A stretch of 32,000 nt of DNA, taken from Vibrio alginolyticus NBRC 15630 = ATCC 17749. GTDB lineage: Bacteria > Pseudomonadota > Gammaproteobacteria > Enterobacterales > Vibrionaceae. Below the pieces are notes generated by a model. That model worked only from the letters and a program-made list of their open reading frames with translations, was not told the DNA's origin and searched no databases. The stretch lies in the NCBI RefSeq assembly GCF_000354175.2, contig NC_022349.1, positions 1,230,001 to 1,262,000 of the forward strand, read 5' to 3'. Shown here one piece after another: positions 1 through 8,545 of the stretch (positions are counted from its first letter, which is position 1; every line of letters begins with the position of its first letter). A program made the position numbers and the translations under genes.

Positions 1-1610
1 TTCACCGCACCGTCAGCAAAATTGATAACAACCGTACCAGATAGATTCTTCTTGATACCGGTAGGCGTGAGACTCTTACCTGTAACATTCACATCAATGT
101 TACCTGTCCCTTCAAGTTTGTCGTTTTCAGCAACGTCTATAAGTAGCGGTTGAACTTTCACGCCTTTGATTGACTTTTTAACACTGTAAGTCGCTGGTGA
201 TTGGCGTGCATCTAACTTCGCTGTCGCTGAGATTGAGCCTTGGTACAACTTCGAACTAAAAGATGTAAGCTCAAACACGCCACGATTTACAGTGAAGCTC
301 GTTTTTACCGCTTCCATCTTCGCATTTGCCGCTTTGAATTTGTCGATGGTAATGTCACCCTTTACATCTAACGTTTTCAACGCAGACAAATCAGGCTCAA
401 CCTCAGGTCCGGCAGGAGCACTCTCGCCACCAGAAGCAGGCTTATTACCTTCGGCAGCTTGCTTATCTAACCCTAAGAACTCATCAAGATCGATATTGGG
501 GCTATGGAGAGCAAAGCGTACTTTAGGAATATCACCGAGTGCCACATCAGCCTTACCATCTAAGGCGATAGCATTCGCTGTTAACTTCTCTAGAACAAAA
601 CTCAGATGGTTTTTCGTTAGGTCGAAAGACAGATCAGACACCATGTCGACTTTCATCGGGGACTGAGGTAAAGCATCACCCTCAAAAGTCGATTTAAGAG
701 TTAACTTATCCAACTGTACTTTGCTGATAGCCTTGTCCACGCTAAGTTGACCAGCACCCTGCATATCTAACTTCATACCACCAGCGTCACCCTTAATGGC
801 ATAAGTCAGGTTATTTACTTTATCGAATTCAAACGTGTCTAAACCGATCGTTGCCGATTCAATTTTATTGGCAGGGTCAGAGTATGTCGCATCAAAGTTG
901 ATGTTCTTTAGCGCGTAGTTTGCCAAACCTTTTTCTAGCTTAAAGTCTGCCTGACCTTTCGCGGTGAACTTTTGGTCGTTCATTTCGCCCTTCACGCCAA
1001 AATCAGCCGTTGTCCAGTTGTCAAAAGCGAATTCGGAAAGGTTTAATGAAATATCATAAAGTTTGGTGTAACTACCGGCTTGCTTATCCTGCATTTCTAA
1101 TGAACCGTTAGAAACCGTAACGCCAGCAAGATTAATACTCCAATCAGAACCAGAAGTTTGCGTTTCACCATTTTGCGTAGGCGCAGCATTGTTCTCTTGT
1201 TCTGCTTGTTGTGTTTGGGCTTTCGTCAATGCATCAATATTCTTGCTGCCATCTTTCTTGGTTTCAATGTAGAACTCAGCACCATCAAGCGTGACGTTTC
1301 CAATTTCAAGCTGTTGACTAAAAAGTGGCATAACAGAGATGTCTACACCAACGGTATCAACTTTGAATAAATTGGGTTTACTAAAGCCTTGTGGGTTTCG
1401 CAATTCTGTATGTCCCAACTCAAAGCCAATTGATGGGAAAAATTGCCAACTGATATCCCCTTCAATCACCAACTCTAATCCCGTTTGCTTTTGCGCTTGC
1501 TCAACAATAAGGGGTTTAAACTGATTCGGATTGACGAAGATGGTTAACGCTAAAATTGCGACCAAAATGACCACAATCGGTATTGCTAGAATTAAGAGCA
1601 GTTTCTTCAT
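1..1610 (-). CDS. asmA: AsmA-family outer-membrane biogenesis protein, N-terminal ~536 codons (3' end runs off the left window edge)
   Basis: Absent from the ORF track because no stop lies inside the window. Hand translation of the minus strand from ATG at 1610 gives MKKLLLILAIPIVVILVAILALTIFVNPNQFKPLIVEQAQKQTGLELVIEGD... and stays open to base 1. An AAGGA SD sits at 1618-1622, 7 nt upstream. The signal-anchor followed by 'VNPNxF' matches the E. coli AsmA N-terminus, and the later part (LYQGSISATAKLDARQ...GTGNIDVNVTGKS) looks like the AsmA C-terminal repeat region. asmA also neighbours udk in E. coli. Confidence 0.8.
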   Translation of the reverse strand, partial: MKKLLLILAIPIVVILVAILALTIFVNPNQFKPLIVEQAQKQTGLELVIEGDISWQFFPSIGFELGHTELRNPQGFSKPNLFKVDTVGVDISVMPLFSQQLEIGNVTLDGAEFYIETKKDGSKNIDALTKAQTQQAEQENNAAPTQNGETQTSGSDWSINLAGVTVSNGSLEMQDKQAGSYTKLYDISLNLSEFAFDNWTTADFGVKGEMNDQKFTAKGQADFKLEKGLANYALKNINFDATYSDPANKIESATIGLDTFEFDKVNNLTYAIKGDAGGMKLDMQGAGQLSVDKAISKVQLDKLTLKSTFEGDALPQSPMKVDMVSDLSFDLTKNHLSFVLEKLTANAIALDGKADVALGDIPKVRFALHSPNIDLDEFLGLDKQAAEGNKPASGGESAPAGPEVEPDLSALKTLDVKGDITIDKFKAANAKMEAVKTSFTVNRGVFELTSFSSKLYQGSISATAKLDARQSPATYSVKKSIKGVKVQPLLIDVAENDKLEGTGNIDVNVTGKSLTPTGIKKNLSGTVVINFADGAV

Positions 1611-1723
1611 TTGTTTTTCCTTGCTCGAGTGTTTTTACAATTATAAGCGCAGACTCCATTTGCCGCTGACAGTTCCACAAAAGCGTGAAAAGTGTCTGGT
1701 TTTAACCTGCAACTGACTAATTT

Positions 1724-1762
1724 AAAAACAAAAAAAGAAGTGGCACTTAAGGTGCCACTTCT
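1724..1762 (-). terminator. Rho-independent terminator downstream of udk
   Basis: An 11-bp stem pairs agaagtggcac (1736-1746) with gtgccacttct (1752-1762). On the minus strand it is followed by TTTTTTGTTTTT. Confidence 0.65.
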
Positions 1763-1798
1763 TCTCCTAAAAATAAAGCGATATAGCCGTCTATAGGC

Positions 1799-2440
1799 TT
1801 AAGCTTTCAAAAGTCTTGCAATGTGAGCTTTTAATACATCAATTGCGATACGGTTTTTACCACCGCGAGGAACAATAATGTCCGCATATTGCTTAGAAGG
1901 TTCGATAAACTGCATGAACATCGGACGTACTGTTTGTTGGTATTGCTTAAGAACAGACTCCATAGTTCGGCCTCGCTCTTCCACATCACGCTTAACACGG
2001 CGAAGCAAGCAAATATCTAACGGTGTGTCCATAAATACTGTCGCATGCATCAAATCACGAAGACGAGGGTCTGTAAGAAGAAGGATACCTTCTAGAATGA
2101 TCACCTTTTTAGGTGTCATTGTGGTGGTGTTAATTGTTCTTGTGTGCTCAGTGTAGCTGTACTCAGGCACTTCTACTGCTTCACCACGTACCAATTTTTC
2201 TAGGTGCTCACACAGTAGGTCGTGGTCCAACGCACTCGGGTGATCGTAGTTCGTCTTTACTCGCTCTTCCATGCTTAGGTGGCTTTGGTCGTTGTAGTAG
2301 CAATCTTCCGTGATGACACCGATTTGATGATCGCCTACTTTCGCGCGAAGCTCATTATAAATAGTGCTCGCGATCAGACTTTTTCCAGAAGCAGAAGCGC
2401 CAGCAATACCTACGATGACGCATTGATTATTATCAGACAT
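1799..2440 (-). CDS. udk: Uridine/cytidine kinase
   Basis: 213 aa. P-loop [11 protein letters not shown]. Collinear with E. coli Udk throughout (…[12 protein letters not shown]…IILEGILLL…). Confidence 0.96.
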   Translation of the reverse strand: MSDNNQCVIVGIAGASASGKSLIASTIYNELRAKVGDHQIGVITEDCYYNDQSHLSMEERVKTNYDHPSALDHDLLCEHLEKLVRGEAVEVPEYSYTEHTRTINTTTMTPKKVIILEGILLLTDPRLRDLMHATVFMDTPLDICLLRRVKRDVEERGRTMESVLKQYQQTVRPMFMQFIEPSKQYADIIVPRGGKNRIAIDVLKAHIARLLKA

Positions 2441-2550
2441 TAGTTTGCACCCGATGATGATTTCTAGTCACATAAAAAGATAAACTGCCTGATTATAGGG
2501 AGTTCACCCCATAGTTACTAGTTGGAATTAGGGTTTAGTCATAAGTTTCT

Positions 2551-2610
2551 GCCTGCTCAGAGGATTAACCTCCGAGCAAACGTTAAAATGTGCAATTATC
2601 AACCAGCAGG
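2551..2610 (-). other. Nested stem-loops just downstream of apbC (possible weak terminator or processing site)
   Basis: The inner 9-bp stem pairs gctcagagg (2555-2563) with cctccgagc (2569-2577), including one G-U pair on the minus-strand RNA. The outer 7-bp pairing is gcctgct (2551-2557) with agcaggc (2604-2610). No T-run follows on the minus strand, so this is not a canonical intrinsic terminator. Confidence 0.3.
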
Positions 2611-2620
2611 CATAGTAAAC

Positions 2621-3697
2621 TTAGTTCACCATTGTAAAGCTAATCGCATCTGGTTTTGCTTTGCCTTGCCAAAACATCGTGCTACATACGCGATCGGCAA
2701 GTTGCTTATAATACCCTGCATGCTCACTTTCTGGGCGTCTTGCTACCGTTGGCACGCCAGCGTCAATATCTTCTCTCATAGAGATATGAAGCGGAATTTG
2801 TCCTAACAATGCTAAGCCAAATTCTTGCGACATTTTTTCAGCTCCGCCCATACCAAAAATATGCTCTTTCGCGCCACATTGACTACAAATGTGATAACTC
2901 ATGTTTTCCACAACACCAATAACCGGGACATGGACTTTGTTAAACATTGCCGCTCCCTTCCTTGCATCGGCAAGGGCTAAATCTTGCGGCGTTGTGACTA
3001 ACACGCTACCTGTTACCGGAATTTGTTGTGACAGCGTCAATTGAATATCCCCCGTACCTGGCGGCATATCAATCACCAAATAATCCAAATCTGGCCAATC
3101 TGTTTCAGTTAATAACTGCGACAACGCTTTTGAAGCCATTGGACCGCGCCATATCGCCGCTTCTGATCTATCCACCAAATAACCGATAGAATGAGTATAG
3201 ATGCCGTGAGCAAAAATGGGTTCCATCCACTTGCCATCACGAACTTCTGGTTTAGCATCTTCTTGCCCCAACATCATAGGTACAGACGGACCATAGATAT
3301 CTGCATCCAACAATCCCACTTTCGCCCCAGATTGAGCAATCGCCAACGCTAAGTTAACTGCGGTAGTAGATTTACCAACGCCACCTTTCGCAGAACTGAC
3401 GGCAATGATGTTCTTAACACCCTTAACCGAGTTAGCCACTTGAGTTTCTAAAGCTTTAACTCCAAGGCGAATATTAAATGGGAATTCAGCCACTTTACCC
3501 GAGGCTTGCTGCTGTTTGATCCAGTCATGCAGTACGGTTTGAAGCTCATTACTTGCGAATGGCAACGTTATATCAATAGAACCCTGTGTCGTAATCGAAA
3601 TTGCGCCATGAATATCTGCCCAGTTTTCCACCAACTGTGGATGTTGGAATTGGTTAAACCAGTGACAAAAATCTTGTTTTGAAGTGAACTGATGCAT
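2621..3697 (-). CDS. apbC: Fe-S cluster carrier ATPase ApbC/Mrp
   Basis: 358 aa. Deviant Walker A SSAKGGVGKST and a CxxC pair (HICSQCG). Collinear with E. coli Mrp/ApbC, and divergent from metG exactly as in E. coli. Confidence 0.94.
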   Translation of the reverse strand: MHQFTSKQDFCHWFNQFQHPQLVENWADIHGAISITTQGSIDITLPFASNELQTVLHDWIKQQQASGKVAEFPFNIRLGVKALETQVANSVKGVKNIIAVSSAKGGVGKSTTAVNLALAIAQSGAKVGLLDADIYGPSVPMMLGQEDAKPEVRDGKWMEPIFAHGIYTHSIGYLVDRSEAAIWRGPMASKALSQLLTETDWPDLDYLVIDMPPGTGDIQLTLSQQIPVTGSVLVTTPQDLALADARKGAAMFNKVHVPVIGVVENMSYHICSQCGAKEHIFGMGGAEKMSQEFGLALLGQIPLHISMREDIDAGVPTVARRPESEHAGYYKQLADRVCSTMFWQGKAKPDAISFTMVN

Positions 3698-3859
3698 AAG
3701 CCCTCCTTTTAGATGTCATGCTACCACCGTCCAGGCTCAACCAGAACCCCAAAAAAACTAAGGCATTCCGCAGTTTGACACCTTGGAGTTAGTCAGTTCA
3801 TGGGGTAGTATTATCCATCAAAATTTATTTATACCTATCAAGAAAAGCGAATATTAAGT

Positions 3860-5935
3860 ATGGCAAACGATCCAAAAAACTTTCCGTCAAGGAAAATGCT
3901 GGTAACTTGTGCCCTTCCGTACGCTAACGGTTCGATCCACCTTGGTCATATGCTTGAGCATATCCAAGCGGACATTTGGGTTCGTTACCAACGCCTACGC
4001 GGCAACACTGTAAACTTCATCTGTGCTGACGATGCTCACGGCACGCCAATCATGCTTAAAGCGCAACAGATGGGTATTACTCCTGAAGAAATGATTGCCG
4101 CAGTTAGCGAAGAGCACCAAAAAGACTTCGCTGGATTTGATATCAGCTTTGATAACTACCACAGCACACACTCAGATGAGAACCGTGAGCTAGCGTCACA
4201 CATTTATCTTGAGTTGAAGAAAAATGGCTTTATCTCTAGCCGCACTATCTCTCAGCTGTTCGATCCAGAAAAAGAGATGTTCTTACCGGACCGTTTCGTA
4301 AAAGGTACCTGTCCAAAATGTAAGTCTGAAGACCAGTACGGTGACAACTGTGACAACTGTGGTGAGACTTACAGCCCAACAGAACTGATCAATCCTAAAT
4401 CTGCGGTTTCTGGTGCGACGCCAGTAATGAAAGATTCAGAGCACTTCTTCTTCGACCTGCCTCAGTTTGAAAGCATGCTAAAAGAGTGGACTCGCTCTGG
4501 CTCGCTACAAGCTGAAACAGCGAACAAAATGCAAGAATGGTTCGAATCTGGCTTGCAGCAATGGGATATCTCACGTGATGCACCATACTTTGGCTTCGAG
4601 ATCCCTGGTGAGAAGAACAAATTCTTCTACGTATGGCTAGACGCGCCTATCGGCTACATGGGCTCTTTCAAAAACCTATGTGACAAGCGCGACGACCTAG
4701 ATTTCGACGAGTACTGGAAGAAAGACAGCTCAGCAGAACTGTACCACTTCATCGGTAAAGACATCGTTTACTTCCACAGCCTATTCTGGCCAGCAATGCT
4801 AGAAGGTTCCGGCTTCCGTAAACCAAACAACGTATTCGTACACGGTTACGTAACCGTAAACGGCGCGAAAATGTCGAAGTCTAAAGGTACGTTCGTAAAA
4901 GCAAGCACTTATCTAGAGCACCTAGACCCTGAGTGTCTACGTTACTACTACGCTGCGAAGCTAAACAGCCGTATCGATGATCTAGATCTTAACCTTGAAG
5001 ACTTCACTCAGCGCGTAAACGCTGACGTTGTTAACAAGATCGTTAACCTGGCATCTCGTAACGCAGGTTTCATCGCGAAACGTTTTGAAGGCAAACTGTC
5101 TGACAACTTTGCAGAGCCTGAACTTTACAACGAATTTGTTGCTGCTGCTGACCGTATCGCTGAGCTTTACGAAACGCGTGAGTTTGGTCGTGCAATCCGT
5201 GAAATCACGGCATTGGCAGACAAAGCTAACCAATACGTTGATGAAAAAGCACCGTGGGTTGTAGCAAAAGAAGAAGGCAAAGATCAGGAACTACAAGACA
5301 TCTGTTCTGTCGGTATCAACCTATTCCGCGTACTGATGACTTACCTGAAACCAGTAATGCCATCGCTAGCTGCGCGTACTGAAGCGTTCCTAAACCAAGA
5401 GCTAACTTGGGAAAACATCGCTGATCCACTAACAGGCCACGAGATCACTAAGTTCAAAGCACTGTTCAACCGTATCGAACCGAAGAATGTTGAAGCGATG
5501 ATCGAAGCGTCTAAAGAAGATGCGGCGGCAGAAATGGCGGCGAAAGAGAAAGCTGAAGCGGAAAAGAACAAGGCTAGCCAAACCGAGTTAGACAAAGAAC
5601 CAATCGCTGAAGAGATTGAGTTCGATGCTTTTGCTGCAGTAGATATGCGTATCGCTCGCATCATCTCTTGTGAAGAAGTACCAAAAGCCAACAAACTGCT
5701 TAAGTTCCAATTAGACATCGGTGGTGAAACTCGTCAGGTATTCTCTGGCATCAAGTCAGCTTACAAACCTGAAGAGCTAGAAGGCAAGCTAACGGTAATG
5801 GTAGCAAACCTAAAACCTCGTAAGATGAAGTTTGGTATGTCTGAAGGTATGATCCTAGCGGCAGGCCCTGGTGGTAGCGACCTGTGGATCCTTGAGCCAC
5901 ACGAAGGCGCTCAACCTGGCATGCGCGTAATGTAA
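3860..5935 (+). CDS. metG: Methionyl-tRNA synthetase
   Basis: 691 aa. HIGH-type motif ([10 protein letters not shown]), KMSKS motif (GAKMSKSKG) and zinc knuckles (CPKC…CDNC). The C-terminal tRNA-binding/dimerisation domain is reached through a Lys/Glu/Ala-rich linker. Near-collinear with E. coli MetG. Confidence 0.98.
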   Translation: MANDPKNFPSRKMLVTCALPYANGSIHLGHMLEHIQADIWVRYQRLRGNTVNFICADDAHGTPIMLKAQQMGITPEEMIAAVSEEHQKDFAGFDISFDNYHSTHSDENRELASHIYLELKKNGFISSRTISQLFDPEKEMFLPDRFVKGTCPKCKSEDQYGDNCDNCGETYSPTELINPKSAVSGATPVMKDSEHFFFDLPQFESMLKEWTRSGSLQAETANKMQEWFESGLQQWDISRDAPYFGFEIPGEKNKFFYVWLDAPIGYMGSFKNLCDKRDDLDFDEYWKKDSSAELYHFIGKDIVYFHSLFWPAMLEGSGFRKPNNVFVHGYVTVNGAKMSKSKGTFVKASTYLEHLDPECLRYYYAAKLNSRIDDLDLNLEDFTQRVNADVVNKIVNLASRNAGFIAKRFEGKLSDNFAEPELYNEFVAAADRIAELYETREFGRAIREITALADKANQYVDEKAPWVVAKEEGKDQELQDICSVGINLFRVLMTYLKPVMPSLAARTEAFLNQELTWENIADPLTGHEITKFKALFNRIEPKNVEAMIEASKEDAAAEMAAKEKAEAEKNKASQTELDKEPIAEEIEFDAFAAVDMRIARIISCEEVPKANKLLKFQLDIGGETRQVFSGIKSAYKPEELEGKLTVMVANLKPRKMKFGMSEGMILAAGPGGSDLWILEPHEGAQPGMRVM

Positions 5936-5959
5936 GTTGTAGCTTTACGATCAAATTTA

Positions 5960-5994
5960 AAAAGTCCTCGCCAGTTCAGCGGGGACTTTTTTTG
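5960..5994 (+). terminator. Rho-independent terminator of metG
   Basis: The stem pairs agtcctcgc (5963-5971) with gcggggact (5979-5987), with one G-U pair and a 7-nt loop. It is followed by TTTTTTT. Confidence 0.75.
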
Positions 5995-6145
5995 ACTGAA
6001 TTCACACTTTTGGGGAATTTGTGCACCAAACTTGTACAGCATCTTTCCCGTCACAAGCCTAACTCACTGTTTTAATAGAATTTAATTAGTGGCATCAAAA
6101 CTGCAATCTTCCTTGTTAGGTCCAAACACTAACAAGGAGTTGGTT

Positions 6146-6955
6146 ATGTTTGTTTTGATTTCCACACTATTGTCCATCGCTATTTTAGCCGGAATATATC
6201 ACTTATCTTCTAAACGAGAGCAGCAACATGCGCGCAAATATCAGCTGTTAACATTGTTACGAGATGTTGTTCACCTTCTGAGACACCACCGAGCTGCTAC
6301 TCACTACTCGCTTCAATTCCAACAAAACGATCAACAAAAATTGGACGCTCTTCATGATGCTCTGACTAACAAGCTGCATCTTTTAGTCGAAACATCACGG
6401 TTTGAAAACAAACCCATGTATCGCGTATTACAGATTAAAGTAGGGAAACTACTTGAACAATGGAATGACCATAGTGTTGCAAGAAACCAGATGGAGCATG
6501 GTAAGTTAATTCGTCATTGCTTGTTTTTGATGGATGAAGTAACCATCGCATGGCTAGCGGTTGAACAAAGAGATGACTTGCATAATGAGTATCACATGAA
6601 CTGGCAAAACATTATGGATAGCTTGGAGACCCTGACTCAGTTACGAATCAGCATTCAAGATTTAGGAGAACAAGGCGGAAATGAGCGTTTCAAAAACTAT
6701 GCATCGGTCATGATGCGTAAGCTAAACCAACTAGCGGTTATCGCTCCACTTAGCATTACCTCTCCTGCTTCCACGCGCTCAATACAGACGCTAAATGAAT
6801 ACGTGACAGGGAGTCATGTCGACTTAACAGAAGCAGAGCTTTATGGCGTCACATCGGACTTGTCATTGACCATCTTCAATACTTACGACCATGTCCTTTC
6901 AGATGTCGTAGAGTCATTATATCTACCGTTACCCAGACTCTCGCTAGCAGGATAA
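6146..6955 (+). CDS. Hypothetical membrane-anchored helical protein (269 aa from the ATG at 6146)
   Basis: The ORF track starts at GTG 6089. The ATG at 6146 is preceded by AAGGAG (6134-6139) at 6-nt spacing and begins directly with a hydrophobic helix (MFVLISTLLSIAILAGIYHL). The remainder is Leu/Gln/His-rich and looks helical. I did not recognise any catalytic or output-domain motif. Terminators flank the gene on both sides. Confidence 0.6.
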   Translation: MFVLISTLLSIAILAGIYHLSSKREQQHARKYQLLTLLRDVVHLLRHHRAATHYSLQFQQNDQQKLDALHDALTNKLHLLVETSRFENKPMYRVLQIKVGKLLEQWNDHSVARNQMEHGKLIRHCLFLMDEVTIAWLAVEQRDDLHNEYHMNWQNIMDSLETLTQLRISIQDLGEQGGNERFKNYASVMMRKLNQLAVIAPLSITSPASTRSIQTLNEYVTGSHVDLTEAELYGVTSDLSLTIFNTYDHVLSDVVESLYLPLPRLSLAG

Positions 6956-7010
6956 ACGTTCCATGCCTTTTTATTGGTGCTTGGTTCGTCGCCGACTTAT
7001 AAATAAAAAC

Positions 7011-7049
7011 AAAAAAAACCGCAGGCCTAAGGCACTGCGGTTTTCGTTT
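7011..7049. terminator. Bidirectional terminator between the hypothetical gene and fadR
   Basis: The stem pairs ccgcag+gcc (7019-7027) with ggc(a)ctgcgg (7031-7040). An A8 run (7011-7018) precedes it and TTTTCGTTT follows. Confidence 0.65.
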
Positions 7050-7066
7050 ATTCAACTTGTCAGCGC

Positions 7067-7906
7067 TTAGCTGTCGTCTTCCGTGAAGTTCGTTGGTAAT
7101 TGCTTTTTCATTTCGTTCCAGATCAACGCACTTTCCATACCATAATGACGAATCACCACTGGTAGTTGTTCACGCTGGCCACTTTCACAAGTTTCGAGCA
7201 ATTGATGGTAAAACTTCAGAGCTAGCTCACGAGAAGCTGGATTTGAGAAGTAGTAGCTACCGACACGATCGTAGAGCTTCTTCAAACCATTAAAGATCAA
7301 ACCGTAAATTTGATTTCCTGAATGGAATGCTAGGCGCTGGAAAAGCATATAATCGTAAAAGTTGAACGTTTTAGCAATCAAGATTTCTTGACGCTTCGCT
7401 TCATCTTTCTCGTTATCTTCTTTCACATTCTGCAGAACTTTTTCAGCATACGGCGAAGAAGCGATGAATTCGTCCCAGGAAGCCGCATTCATTAAAGCTT
7501 CACAAGATTCGATTACGTTCTTAATTGTACGCTCAGAGCTCTCTTTGTTCGCTTTAAATGCATAGCGCATAAAGATAGGACTGATGTTGGTACGTGCCGC
7601 AAGCAGATCTTCTACAATGTTTGTCGCATTATCAACGTCTAGCGTCATTAAAGTATCCAAAATATGCAGACCAGAGGTCTCCATAAATTGGTTAACTTTC
7701 GTAGGTTTGCCGTGCTGGATAGTCAGCCATCCATCACGGGCTAGTCGTTGAAGAACCTCTCTTAAAGTCGTTCGAGTAACACCAATCAGTTCGGACAGCT
7801 CGCGCTCAGCAGGTAAAATTGAGCCTGGAGGAAAACGGCCGTTCCAAATGCTCTCGATAATATATTTTTCTGCGAATCCCGCAGGGCTTTTCGCCTTTAT
7901 GACCAT
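7067..7906 (-). CDS. fadR: Fatty-acid metabolism regulator FadR (GntR family), long Vibrio-type form
   Basis: 279 aa. The N-terminal wHTH is nearly identical to E. coli FadR ([72 protein letters not shown]). The C-terminal acyl-CoA domain carries about 40 extra residues relative to the 239-aa E. coli protein. The fadR-nhaB-dsbB neighbourhood matches E. coli. Confidence 0.95.
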   Translation of the reverse strand: MVIKAKSPAGFAEKYIIESIWNGRFPPGSILPAERELSELIGVTRTTLREVLQRLARDGWLTIQHGKPTKVNQFMETSGLHILDTLMTLDVDNATNIVEDLLAARTNISPIFMRYAFKANKESSERTIKNVIESCEALMNAASWDEFIASSPYAEKVLQNVKEDNEKDEAKRQEILIAKTFNFYDYMLFQRLAFHSGNQIYGLIFNGLKKLYDRVGSYYFSNPASRELALKFYHQLLETCESGQREQLPVVIRHYGMESALIWNEMKKQLPTNFTEDDS

Positions 7907-8337
7907 TCTACTTTTTATCCAATATTGATTTCTGAGGGTCGATACTACTCATCATACCACTACTTAGCGGTTTGAGAAAATTTACGATCAATAGTGGAAA
8001 CGACTCCATAACATAGAGTTAATACTCTATATGTTGTGTCAATTTAAGAGGCTCTAACATGCGAGCGAAAGCAGTAAAATATGAATTTTCATTTAATTAA
8101 ACAGCTCACAAATCTCGGAGAAATAAAGACAACCGTGTCACATTTTTATATTCAAAATATGAAAAATTACTTTGTATATCACAGTTAATATTCTTTCTTA
8201 ATTTGCCTTTTCTCGTCACTGACCGTCATTTAAAATCCAAGAGGATTTTTTTAAGACTTTCATGGTATAGTAACGCCGTTTTGATCGCGTTATTACATTT
8301 AAAAAGTCATTTTAGTCGGTAGCATCACGTTTTGTTA

Positions 8338-8365
8338 TTGACTAATAAATGCCTGAGTGTAGAGT
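8338..8365 (+). promoter_or_regulatory. Candidate sigma70 promoter for nhaB
   Basis: TTGACT (8338-8343), a 16-nt spacer, then TAGAGT (8360-8365). This would give a ~175-nt leader. It is a pattern match only. Confidence 0.2.
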
Positions 8366-8545
8366 TTGCGGTCGAAAGTGAGCGGTGCTTGAGTTCAGGG
8401 GAAGTAACTTGGCAAGACTACAATAAACAAAGGATTGTTGTTTTACTAAGTTATTGTTTTTAAAGACTAGTTAATAAGTCTAACAAACAGATACTTAAGC
8501 ACTATTGTAGTGTCTATTCATAATTTTGTTATAAAGAGAATTATC

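Noticed and set aside
292-1716. Plus-strand ORFs from the track (292-666, 1158-1370, 1339-1524, 1531-1716)
   Set aside because: All lie antisense to, or at the edge of, a continuous minus-strand reading frame (1-1610) with clear AsmA similarity. Their translations are low-complexity and lack SDs. They are shadow ORFs.
3896-3898. Alternative metG start at Met13 (MLVTCALPY…)
   Set aside because: Its AAGGA lies only about 3 nt from the ATG, which is too close. The upstream ATG at 3860 gives an N-terminal length comparable with E. coli MetG. I kept 3860, though the true start is not certain.
5341-5718. Large antisense or alternate-frame ORFs inside well-supported genes (for example 5341-5718, 4982-5264, 10915-11252, 11790-12249, 15547-15909, 17431-17916, 21841-22374, 23094-23531, 26665-27194, 30985-31281)
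   Set aside because: Each lies wholly within a gene that has strong homology on the other strand or frame. The translations are Ser/Ala/Arg-rich or low-complexity with no SD. This is typical of frame shadows.
8510-8545. N-terminal extensions in the ORF track: nhaB 8510, hypothetical 6089, malZ 16101, permease 17999, binding protein 19145, oppF 26717, oppC 28603, oppA 31368
   Set aside because: The track takes the most upstream ATG, GTG or TTG. In each case a downstream ATG has a properly spaced SD, matches the homolog N-terminus, or begins the signal peptide or TM. For oppF the downstream ATG also creates the typical ATGA stop/start overlap.
7907-8545. Search for a known Vibrio sRNA (Qrr-type) or a FadR operator in the fadR-nhaB spacer
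   Set aside because: There is no match to the conserved Qrr core as I remember it. The nearest FadR-like string (gggtcgatact near 7935) fails the TGGTCNGACNT consensus at several positions.
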